Assembly: GCA_002420005.1 (NCBI GenBank)
Contig: DIHE01000126.1
Coordinates: 77,536 to 141,535, forward strand
Source: Holophagales bacterium UBA5704
GTDB taxonomy: Bacteria; Acidobacteriota; Thermoanaerobaculia; Multivoradales; UBA5704
Direction of reading: 5' to 3'
Length of the DNA stretch: 64,000 bases
Every line of letters starts with the position of its first letter. The stretch's first letter is position 1. Below are positions 28,911 through 37,294 of the stretch, in pieces. A program made the translations under genes and the position numbers. The notes beneath the pieces are model-generated. The model saw only the letters and a list, made by a program, of their open reading frames with translations, had not been told where the DNA came from and did not search any database.

Positions 28911-30545
28911 ATGAAGCACACTGCGCCGCCGCGCCGCCGGAAGCTGAATGCCTGGGGATTCGAGGGCGTCTCGTTCTCGCCGCCGCGCCCTCTGCGGTCC
29001 TGGCTGGAGGAGCGCATCGGCCCGCCCGAGCCCCGGTCGGCGGTCGATCCCCGCTCGCTCCGCCTGCCCGCGCCCGCCCGTCTGCCGGATCTGCCGGTGC
29101 CAACCTCCGACGATCCGGCCGACCGGCTGCTGCATGCGCGCGGGCGCGGCTTCAGCGATCTGGTGCGCCTGCGCACCGGCACCCTGCCGGCGCTGCCCGA
29201 CGCCGTCGTACGGCCGGAGGATGCGACGGACGTCCAGGAGGTGCTGCGGATCTGCTCGCGCGCCGGGGTCCGCGTGATCCCCTGGGGCGGCGGCACCTCG
29301 GTGACCGGCGGGGTCAACACCCTGCCCTCCGCGGCGCCCACCGTGGTGCTCGATCTCGAACGGCTCTCCGGTCTGGTGGCGGTCGACGCCCGCTCCGGGC
29401 ATGCCCGGGTGCGCGCCGGCACGCTCGGTCCGGCGCTCGAAGCGGCGCTCGCGCCGCACCGCCTGACCCTCGGCCACTTCCCGCAATCGTGGGAGCTGTC
29501 GACCCTGGGCGGCTGGGTGGCCACCCGCTCGTCGGGCCAGGAATCGCTCGGCTTCGGCCGTATCGAGGACCTGGTGGCCGGCCTGGAGCTGGTCGCACCG
29601 GCCGGCCGGCTCTCTCTGCCGGCCCTCCCGGCCTCGGCCGCCGGCCCGGATCTGCGCCAGCTCGCGCTCGGCAGCGAGGGCCGATTCGGCGTGATCACCG
29701 AGGCCACTGTGCGCGTCAGCCCGCGGCCGGCGCGCCGCGCGGTCGAGGCGTTTCTCCTCCCTCAATGGGAGGACGGCGTCGAGGCTGTCCGCGAGATGGT
29801 CCTCGCCGGCCTGCCGCTGCACATGCTTCGTCTGTCCGATCCCACCGAGACGGAGGTGGGGCTGGCGACCGGGACGGGGGGCCATGCCTGGTCGCCGCTC
29901 GCCCGCGGCTGGCTGCGGCTGCGCGGCGCCGGCCCGGGCTCGTGCCTGCTGCTCTGCGGCGCCGCGGGGACGCCGCGGGAGATCCGCTGGACCCTGGGCG
30001 AGACGCGGCGGCTGCTCAAGAGATACCGCGCTGTGTCGCTCGGCGAGGGGCCGGGCCGGCGCTGGCTGCTCGACCGCTTCCGCCATCCCTACCTGCGCGA
30101 CGGCCTGTTCGACCTCGGCTGGGCCACCGACACCCTGGAGACCGCGGCGTCCTGGTCTGCGCTGCCCGGCCTCTATCGCGCGGTGCGGCTGGTCCTCGCC
30201 TCGACGCTGCCCAACGAGGAGGTGGCGGTGCTCTGCCACGTCTCCCACGCCTACCGCGACGGCGCCTCGCTCTACTTCACCTTCTTCTTCCGCGACGCCG
30301 AAGACCCCGAGGAGATGATCGCGCTCTGGGCCGCGCTCAAGCGGGCCGCCACCTCCGTCCTGCCGGCGGCGGCGGGCACGCTCAGCCATCACCATGGAAT
30401 CGGTTCCTGGCATGCCCCCTGGTATGCCCGCGAGGCCGGGACGGATGGCGTGCGGCTGCTCGCCGCCGCGGCCCGCGAGCTCGATCCGCAGGGAATCCTC
30501 AACCCCCACGTCCTCTTCGATCCGGTCGATCGCCTGGAGGTGTGA
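28911..30545 (+). CDS. FAD-linked oxidase, alkyldihydroxyacetonephosphate synthase (AGPS)-like
   Basis: N-terminal LNAWGFEG (compare WNGWGY of AGPS), HARGRGFSDLVRLRTG, and the FAD motif IPWGGGTSVTGG. Confidence 0.7.
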   Translation: MKHTAPPRRRKLNAWGFEGVSFSPPRPLRSWLEERIGPPEPRSAVDPRSLRLPAPARLPDLPVPTSDDPADRLLHARGRGFSDLVRLRTGTLPALPDAVVRPEDATDVQEVLRICSRAGVRVIPWGGGTSVTGGVNTLPSAAPTVVLDLERLSGLVAVDARSGHARVRAGTLGPALEAALAPHRLTLGHFPQSWELSTLGGWVATRSSGQESLGFGRIEDLVAGLELVAPAGRLSLPALPASAAGPDLRQLALGSEGRFGVITEATVRVSPRPARRAVEAFLLPQWEDGVEAVREMVLAGLPLHMLRLSDPTETEVGLATGTGGHAWSPLARGWLRLRGAGPGSCLLLCGAAGTPREIRWTLGETRRLLKRYRAVSLGEGPGRRWLLDRFRHPYLRDGLFDLGWATDTLETAASWSALPGLYRAVRLVLASTLPNEEVAVLCHVSHAYRDGASLYFTFFFRDAEDPEEMIALWAALKRAATSVLPAAAGTLSHHHGIGSWHAPWYAREAGTDGVRLLAAAARELDPQGILNPHVLFDPVDRLEV

Positions 30546-30546
30546 G

Positions 30547-32166
30547 ATGCTCGACCCCCTCTGGCGGCGGCGGGCGCTGGACGGGCTGGCCCAGCCGTTC
30601 GACCTGATCGTCCTGGGGGGCGGCATCACCGGCTGCGGGATCTTTCTCGACGCCTCCCAACGTGGCCTGCGCGTCCTCCTGCTGGAGCGGGGCGACATCG
30701 CCTCCGGCACCTCCTCGCGCTCCTCCAAGCTGATCCATGGGGGCTTGCGGTATCTCAAGCGGCTGCAGCTCCACGTCACCCGCCAGGCCGTCCGCGAGCG
30801 CGACTTGATGCTGGCGGTCGATCCCCACCTGGTCTGGCCGATCCGCTTTCTGTATCTGGTCTATTCCGGCGCCCGCCCCCCTGCCTGGCAGATGGAGATC
30901 GGCCTCCAGGTCTATGACCGGCTGAACCGCGGCCGGCGGCACCACCGGCGGCTCCCGACGGAGGAGCTCCTGGCGAGCGCGCCGGGCGTCGCGACGGCCG
31001 GGCTCCAGACCACCTTCGCGTACGGGGACGCGGTGACCGACGACGCCCGCCTGACCCTGGCGGTCGCCGCCACCGGCACCGGCTACGGGGGGTACCTCCT
31101 CACCCGGGCCGAGCTGGAGGACGGCCTGCGCACCACGGCCGGCCGGCTGAGCGGGGTGCGCTTTCGCGACCAGGAGACCGGCGAGGTCCACACCGCCCGG
31201 GCGTCTCTCGTGGTCAATGCCACCGGCGCGTGGGTGGACCTCGTCCGCCATCGCCTGGGGATCTCGGGAGCGCGCGTCCGCCCGTCGCGGGGCAGTCATC
31301 TCATCTTCGCGAGCGATCGCCTGCCGATCACCGAGGCGGTGACCCTCCCCTCTCCGGACGACGGACGCCCGGTGTTCTTCATTCCCCACCCGGAAGGGGT
31401 CCTGGCCGGGACGACCGACCTGTTCCACACGGGAGATCTGGACGATCCCCGCCCGTCCCCGGAGGAGGTGGGGTACCTCCTGCGCGCCGCGCAGACGGCC
31501 TTTCCCGGCCGGCAGATCGGTGCGGACGACGTCCGTGGCGCTTTCGCCGGAGTGCGTCCGATCGTCGACACGGGAGCGGCGAGCCCGTCGGCGGCGAGCC
31601 GCGAAGAGGCGTTGTGGGACGAGGAGGGCCTCCTCTCGGTGGCCGGCGGCAAGCTGACCACCTGGCGGGCGATCGCCGAGGAGGTGGTCGACCACGCCCT
31701 GCGCTTCCTGCCCTCGGAGCGCGCCCGCGAGGCGTCCCCCTGCGCCACCGCCGGCACCACGGTCGGTGCCCTGGCACCGCCTGATCTGGCGGAGCGGCTG
31801 CAAACAGTGCAGGGGATCGCCCCGGATGTCGCCGCCGGTCTGGCCCGCCGGCTCGGCGGCCTCTCCTGGCTCGCCGGGGCGGTGGCGCGGTCGCCGAGCG
31901 AGCTGCACCCGCTCCTGGACGGCACCGACCTCACGGCCGCCGAGGTGCGCGTCCATCTGCGGCACGGAGCGGTGGTGCACCTCGAAGACCTCCTGCTGCG
32001 CCGTGCCCGCTTCGGCCTCTGGGACCCCGCCGCCGCCCGCGCCCTGGTCCCGCGCCTCGCGCCGCTCTTTCAGGAAGAGCTCGCCTGGACCGCCGACCGC
32101 TGGGACCGGGAGACGGAATCCGCCGCCGGGGCGTTGGCCGCCTGGACGCCGGAGGGGGTGCGGTGA
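30547..32166 (+). CDS. glpD: FAD-dependent glycerol-3-phosphate dehydrogenase
   Basis: DLIVLGGGITGCG dinucleotide fold and SSRSSKLIHGGLRYL motif. The ATG lies 1 nt after the upstream stop. Confidence 0.85.
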   Translation: MLDPLWRRRALDGLAQPFDLIVLGGGITGCGIFLDASQRGLRVLLLERGDIASGTSSRSSKLIHGGLRYLKRLQLHVTRQAVRERDLMLAVDPHLVWPIRFLYLVYSGARPPAWQMEIGLQVYDRLNRGRRHHRRLPTEELLASAPGVATAGLQTTFAYGDAVTDDARLTLAVAATGTGYGGYLLTRAELEDGLRTTAGRLSGVRFRDQETGEVHTARASLVVNATGAWVDLVRHRLGISGARVRPSRGSHLIFASDRLPITEAVTLPSPDDGRPVFFIPHPEGVLAGTTDLFHTGDLDDPRPSPEEVGYLLRAAQTAFPGRQIGADDVRGAFAGVRPIVDTGAASPSAASREEALWDEEGLLSVAGGKLTTWRAIAEEVVDHALRFLPSERAREASPCATAGTTVGALAPPDLAERLQTVQGIAPDVAAGLARRLGGLSWLAGAVARSPSELHPLLDGTDLTAAEVRVHLRHGAVVHLEDLLLRRARFGLWDPAAARALVPRLAPLFQEELAWTADRWDRETESAAGALAAWTPEGVR

Positions 32167-32432
32167 GGGCGGCTCGGGCGGTTGAGACACCTGCGCGCCG
32201 CTCTGCAGACCACACATCGCGTTGCATGGGGGTGAGGACTCCGAGCGAGGCACTCCCGAGGCTTCCAAGAGATTCCCGAGGCGCCTCTGGGGACAGGAAT
32301 TCCTTCGCGCACCTGCGGTAGAATAGGGAGATGAAAACGCTGTCGACTCTGCGCAGGCCGGTGGCCCTCAGCCGGCTTGCGACCTGCTGCCCTTTTAGAT
32401 TTAGATAACTCTGACTTGGCGTGGCGTGCATC

Positions 32433-35135
32433 ATGTCTATCATCACCAATGAAATGACCTTCGACTTCGACGGGCTGATCCAGCTCCTCGCCGGCCACCT
32501 CTATTCCGAGAAGAAGGTCTTCATCCGCGAGCTCATCCAGAACGCCCATGACGCCATCCAGCGCCGGGCGGTAAAGGACCCGTCATTCAATCGAGAGCAG
32601 GGTCACATCGACATCCTGACCGACCTGACCGCCTCGCCTGCGCGCATCATCTTTCGCGACAACGGCCTCGGCATGAGCGTCGAGGACCTGGAGGAGTTCC
32701 TCTCCACGATTGGGAAGTCCGGCACCAAGGCAGCCAGGGACGAAGCGCCGGAGGTGATCGGCCAGTTCGGCATCGGCTTCCTGTCCGGCTTCGTCGTCGG
32801 CGCGCGTGTCGAAGTTCGCACCCGCTCCTGGGAAGCGGCGCCGGATCAGGCCTGTCTGTGGGAGAACTCCGGGAACAAGGACTACACCATCACGCCCTGC
32901 ACGCTCGCCTACGTGGGGACCGAGGTTACCGTTCACCTTCGCTCCGCCGAAGATCGTGGCCTGTTGCACGAGGATGCAGTCAAGAAGGTCATCCGTACCT
33001 ACGCGGACATGCTTCGCATTCCCATCCACCTGAACGACCCAGGGCACCACAGCGCCGCGATTAACACCATGGTGATGCCGTGGGAACGCAATGGCATTTC
33101 CGAAACGGAGATGCGCTTCGACAGCATGATCTATCTGGAAAGAACGGTGCCCGACAGCGTTCTCGAGGTGATCCCGATTCGCATCAATGATCCTGCTGCC
33201 GACGGCAAATCCACCCTTCATGCGGAGGGTCTGCTCTACATTACCCGCACTCGCTTGATCGCGACGGATGCCCCCCGCACCGTGCGGGTTTTCCTTAAGC
33301 GCATGTTCCTGTGCGAGGAAGCCAAGGAGATTCTGCCGCCCTGGGCACGCTTCATCAATGGCATCATCAATACGCGCAGTCTTTCGCCCAACGCTGCCCG
33401 TGACAACTTCACCCGCGACGCCAGTTTTACATCTCTACGTGATCGCCTCGGCGACCTCATCGTGGACCACTTCGAGCATCTGCGGGAAAAGGAACCCCAG
33501 CGCCTCTCAGAGATCCTTGCATATCACGACCTTGGCATCAAAGCCGCCTGCCACTACTACGACCCGTTCTTCGACAAGTTCGCCCATCTCCTGGAATGGC
33601 GGATCAATGCCAAGTCTGCCGCCGCCCGTGACCGCAACCGGCCGAGCGGTCGCCGTGTCCTCAGCGCCGATATTGGGGCCAATTACACTTGGGCGACTCT
33701 GCCGGAGATCCTTGCCGCCCTCCCCTCCCCGGAAGGCGGCGGTGCCAAGCGCTTCCCCTGCTTCACCACCAGCAGCTCCGCCAACCAGTTCTTCGAGATG
33801 GCCGATGCCGCCGGAACCACCGTAGTGGACGCCAGTTACTATTTCGAGGCGGAGCTGCTCAAAACCTGGGCCGAACGGCGCAAAGCGGTGCTCTCTCTCG
33901 TCTATGTAGACCGCGAGGACGACCCCGCGGTCTTCCGCGAGATCGATCCCGCCCAGGACCGCGCCGTCCGTGCCCTCGCCCAACAGATGTCTCACTACCT
34001 CCGGCCTGGTGGCACCGGTCGCCTGCGTGTCGAACCGCGGCGTTTCCAGCCGGAGTCCCTGCCCGCCGTGCTCAAGAGCAGCGAGGTCGCCCAGGGCAGC
34101 AGGAAGGCCCGTAGCATCCTCAGCGATCCGAATAGCCCATCTGATCTTCGCGCAATGGCGGAGGAGATGCTCCTCCTCAGCCGAAATGCCGACATGCGGA
34201 TGAGTATCAATGCGGCCAATCCTCTCATCCGCACCCTCGCCAGCCTCGCCGAGATCAATCCCGAGGACGACGACCTGCTCCACCTCATGCAATGTGTTTA
34301 TAACGATGCCATCCTCTACAACCAGGAGCTCATGACCCCGCGCAATGCGCAGATTTTTCACGAGCAGTTCCAGCGGCTCATGAACAAGTCCCTCCAGTTC
34401 CTGGTGGAAAAGGGCGACCTCGCCCGCGAACGCGCAGAGCTGGACAAACAACGCCGCCAGACGGAGACCAAACGGAAGCGTGAGCGGAAGCATCTCACCG
34501 CCTTCCTGATGACTCCCTTCGCCAAGGAGTTCGACACTGCCCGCGAAGCCGTCCGCCTCGCGGTCGAAGACCGCCTCGGCTGCGAGCTGCGCACAGCCGA
34601 TCAGAAGACCTTCGAGGACCTTATCCGTGGCAACGTCGAGGCGCACCTCGACGATGCAGACTTTTTTATTGCCGATGTCACCGGAGCCAATCCCAACGTC
34701 ATGATGGAATTGGGAGCCGCCCTGTACGGCCGCGGCCATCAGCCAAGCCTTCTCATCGCCCGCGTCGCGAAGAGCGGCGACAAGCCGGAGCTCCCTGCGG
34801 ATCTCGCCGGGCACATTACCGGCGGCCTCTACGTCGCGAGCCAGAGCGAGGTGGAGATTGCTGATTTGCTGGAGGAAGGCTTCCGCAAGCACGAGCGGCT
34901 GGGCATTCTGCTCAAGCGCGAAGGCCGCGAGGACTACATCTCGCCGCAAACCCTTCGTGCCTGGACGAGGGACATCCTCATTTCGAAGACCCTCTACGAA
35001 CGGCTCAGCGACGCTTATCCCACTGTGAGCGCCTGGAGGAAGGTCAATGAGAAACAACTGGAGATCCAACTGATCGGAGAAGCTGATCTCGCCTCCGTGG
35101 TGCTGAGGCGCATCAAGGAAAACCTTCCCGGCTGA
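32433..35135 (+). CDS. Hsp90/HtpG paralogue (GHKL ATPase plus middle and C-terminal domains) fused to a C-terminal TIR/nucleoside-2-deoxyribosyltransferase-like domain
   Basis: LLAGHLYSEKKVFIRELIQNAHDA, DNGLGM, GQFGIGFLSGF and RVFLKRMFLCEEAKEILPPWARFINGIINTRSLSPNAARD parallel the Hsp90 N and middle signatures. A C-terminal coiled-coil is followed by AFLMTPFAKEFD…ADFFIADVTGANPNVMMELGAAL. GC is much lower than the flanks. Alternative GTG start at 32421. Confidence 0.75.
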   Translation: MSIITNEMTFDFDGLIQLLAGHLYSEKKVFIRELIQNAHDAIQRRAVKDPSFNREQGHIDILTDLTASPARIIFRDNGLGMSVEDLEEFLSTIGKSGTKAARDEAPEVIGQFGIGFLSGFVVGARVEVRTRSWEAAPDQACLWENSGNKDYTITPCTLAYVGTEVTVHLRSAEDRGLLHEDAVKKVIRTYADMLRIPIHLNDPGHHSAAINTMVMPWERNGISETEMRFDSMIYLERTVPDSVLEVIPIRINDPAADGKSTLHAEGLLYITRTRLIATDAPRTVRVFLKRMFLCEEAKEILPPWARFINGIINTRSLSPNAARDNFTRDASFTSLRDRLGDLIVDHFEHLREKEPQRLSEILAYHDLGIKAACHYYDPFFDKFAHLLEWRINAKSAAARDRNRPSGRRVLSADIGANYTWATLPEILAALPSPEGGGAKRFPCFTTSSSANQFFEMADAAGTTVVDASYYFEAELLKTWAERRKAVLSLVYVDREDDPAVFREIDPAQDRAVRALAQQMSHYLRPGGTGRLRVEPRRFQPESLPAVLKSSEVAQGSRKARSILSDPNSPSDLRAMAEEMLLLSRNADMRMSINAANPLIRTLASLAEINPEDDDLLHLMQCVYNDAILYNQELMTPRNAQIFHEQFQRLMNKSLQFLVEKGDLARERAELDKQRRQTETKRKRERKHLTAFLMTPFAKEFDTAREAVRLAVEDRLGCELRTADQKTFEDLIRGNVEAHLDDADFFIADVTGANPNVMMELGAALYGRGHQPSLLIARVAKSGDKPELPADLAGHITGGLYVASQSEVEIADLLEEGFRKHERLGILLKREGREDYISPQTLRAWTRDILISKTLYERLSDAYPTVSAWRKVNEKQLEIQLIGEADLASVVLRRIKENLPG

Positions 35136-35152
35136 CCTTCCCTGTAGTCCTC

Positions 35153-36283
35153 ATGGCCTACCACGACGAACTTTTTAAGCAAGGTCGGCAAGCCGGCTTG
35201 GCTGATCGCGTGGCTGAAGCGGCGCTGCTCTACCGCAGTGCCGCTTCAGCCGCCCTTGAAGTCGGCGACCGTACCGCATGGTTCAAGTGCATGGTGCGGG
35301 CAGCATCTGCCACAGGCGACAAAGGCGACATACGAGCCAGCCTCGCCCTGCTTCTAGAAGCTCGCGAGTCGGAGCCGGAGGATGCCCCGCAGTTCGAGGC
35401 ATGGTCGGCTCGGAGAGAAATTTTTTTCATCACACAGTCGATCCGCCCAGAACGATCTCGGCTGAAACAACTCCTCGCCGACCTCCGGTTTTACGCCACA
35501 ACCCACAGTGCTCGGGCAGCCGAACTTCTCTTACTCGAAGGGAGTCTGAATTCCTTTTGCGGAGACTGGCGTACCGCCCTCGCCTGTTTCGAGACCGCAT
35601 GGCAGGCCAAAGATGGACACGACCTCAAAGCGTACAACGCTTACATTGCCGCCTCGCACTGCCTGCGACTCGGCCAGCCTTCCGCCTGCCGGGATTGGAT
35701 TTTCGCGCTTGACCAATGCGAGGATAAATCGGTTCCCCGCTGGAGCGCTGAGAGCACCCTCCTTCTCGCCCGCGCCGAGGGCCAACCTTTCGCTACCCTC
35801 CTATCAAATCTGCGCACTTACACTGACCGCGCAGCCGGTGTCCAGCGCGCCGATACCGCCGACATTGTACGTGAGCTGGTCGCCCGCACCCACCTTCTCG
35901 ATCCCAATGCGGGCGACCCTGCTGCCGACTTTCACCCAAGCCGCTCCGAGCTCCGGCAGGCACCCAGAAACCGGCAGGTTGTCCACAGCCGCTACGACGC
36001 CCACTTGCTCCACCTCGACTACCGGCTCGCCTGCCTCCGCTACGTCGCCAGCGTTCCGGCCGTGGATGATTTTTATTACTATCAACCCCAGCAAGTGCCG
36101 GCCAGCCTCGTACCAACAGACCTCGCTCAGTTTCAACGCCGGCTCCACAAAGCCCGTGCCGCTGTCGCCAGCACCCTCCGCTACGCCCGCCACCTCGATA
36201 CCCTCCTCGAATGCGACTACCGCCAACGTGAGGTCCAGGCCCGTAGCGAGCGGATTGAGGAGATCGCGCGGGCAGTCGGTTGA
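35153..36283 (+). CDS. uncharacterised all-alpha (TPR-like?) protein, likely co-transcribed with the Hsp90 paralogue
   Basis: It starts 17 nt after the upstream stop on the same strand and shares the low GC. The sequence is helix-rich and Ala/Leu/Arg-rich with no motif I recognise. Confidence 0.55.
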   Translation: MAYHDELFKQGRQAGLADRVAEAALLYRSAASAALEVGDRTAWFKCMVRAASATGDKGDIRASLALLLEARESEPEDAPQFEAWSARREIFFITQSIRPERSRLKQLLADLRFYATTHSARAAELLLLEGSLNSFCGDWRTALACFETAWQAKDGHDLKAYNAYIAASHCLRLGQPSACRDWIFALDQCEDKSVPRWSAESTLLLARAEGQPFATLLSNLRTYTDRAAGVQRADTADIVRELVARTHLLDPNAGDPAADFHPSRSELRQAPRNRQVVHSRYDAHLLHLDYRLACLRYVASVPAVDDFYYYQPQQVPASLVPTDLAQFQRRLHKARAAVASTLRYARHLDTLLECDYRQREVQARSERIEEIARAVG

Positions 36284-36503
36284 TCCGCCTCGACCAGTAG
36301 TTTCGACCAGTGGTTGGGGTAAGCAGCGTACGCAGCACAGTTGTTCGGCATTCCGCAGCCGCGCGTCTCCGATGCTCAAGAACTACAAGCTCAGCCGCTT
36401 CTCCTCCGAGCGCCCTCCTGGTGGACCGCGATGTCGAGATCGTCATCCGGCCCAAGGCCAAAGGGCACGCCGCGCGCGTCGTCTCTGTGTCGGTTGCTTT
36501 ACC

Positions 36504-36533
36504 TTGACGCAGCATACGGCAAGGCCGTAGAGT
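36504..36533 (+). promoter_or_regulatory. possible promoter TTGACG-18 nt-TAGAGT for the toxin-antitoxin operon (predicts a leaderless GTG start)
   Basis: -35 at 36504-36509 and -10 at 36528-36533. The GTG start at 36541 is 7 nt after the -10. Confidence 0.3.
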
Positions 36534-36540
36534 CTGACCT

Positions 36541-36855
36541 GTGTACACGGTCGTTGAGACACCTCTCTTCCAGCGGCTCGCCGACGACCACTGGTCGGAC
36601 GAGGAGCGGAGCGCCTTCGTGGCATTCATCGCGGCCCATCCTGAGGCCGGCGAGGTGGTCCCGGGCTCAGGAGGGGTGCGCAAGGTTCGCTGGGGCCTCG
36701 GCGGGCGTGGTAAACGCGGCGGCGTGCGCGTGATCTACTTCAACCGGCTGACGGCGGGTGAGATCTGGCTTCTCGTCTTGTACGCGAAGTCGGAGGCCGG
36801 GAACATCCCGGCTCACGTCTTGCGGCAGATCAAGGAGGACATTGAGCATGGCTAA
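36541..36855 (+). CDS. type II toxin, RelE/HigB-2-like
   Basis: …GSGGVRKVRWGLGGRGKRGGVRVIYFNRLTAGEIWLLVLYAKSE… is typical of HigB-2/RelE-family toxins. The toxin precedes the antitoxin. Confidence 0.75.
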   Translation: MYTVVETPLFQRLADDHWSDEERSAFVAFIAAHPEAGEVVPGSGGVRKVRWGLGGRGKRGGVRVIYFNRLTAGEIWLLVLYAKSEAGNIPAHVLRQIKEDIEHG

Positions 36856-37156
36856 GGTTTCCGGGAAATCCAGGCTCGCCACCTCCGGCGAGGAGTTGGG
36901 CGAGCAGCTTCTGCAAGCGGTGCGGGAGATGAAGGCCGGATTGCGCGGCCGTGTGCATACGCCGGAAAGGTCCAGCCTCGTCGAGGCCCGGCTGAGGACG
37001 GGACTCTCGCAGGCCTCGTTCGCGGTTCTGATGGGGGTTTCCGTGCGCACGCTGCAAGACTGGGAGCAAGGCCGCCGAGAGCCTTCCGGCGCGGCGAAGA
37101 CTCTCATCAAGGTGGCGACCCGGCATCCGGAGGTTCTGCAAGAGCTCGCGCTGTAA
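36848..37156 (+). CDS. type II antitoxin, XRE-HTH (HigA-2-like)
   Basis: ARLRTGLSQASFAVLMGVSVRTLQDWEQGRREPSGAAKTLI. It overlaps the toxin gene by 8 nt (ATGGCTAA). Confidence 0.75.
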   Translation: MAKVSGKSRLATSGEELGEQLLQAVREMKAGLRGRVHTPERSSLVEARLRTGLSQASFAVLMGVSVRTLQDWEQGRREPSGAAKTLIKVATRHPEVLQELAL

Positions 37157-37294
37157 GATCTCCGGCGGCTCCTCGGTTCGATCCGCTCGTCAGGTCGGCG
37201 CGGGCCTCAGGCGTCCGCACGGCCAGGCACGACGTGAGTCTGGTCCATGAGCGGCTGCGAGCTGCGCGAGAGGGCGCCCTCGGACCCGCCGCCC

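Noticed and set aside
32254-32282. TCCCGAGGC repeated twice, 20 bp apart, upstream of the islet.
   Set aside because: It is only two short copies with no further support, so too weak to call.
36370-36480. A minus-strand reading …DDARGVPFGLGPDDDLDIAVHQEG… resembling the GSxxRG…SDxDL motif of MNT-type nucleotidyltransferase antitoxins.
   Set aside because: It is only about 35 codons between stops with no plausible start, so it cannot be separated from chance. At most it is a decayed remnant.
32187-36565. The 12-nt direct repeat GTTGAGACACCT at 32187 and 36554, considered as att-like islet borders.
   Set aside because: On the order of 100 chance 12-mer pairs are expected in 64 kb. The second copy lies inside the higB-like coding region rather than at the GC boundary. 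No integrase is present.
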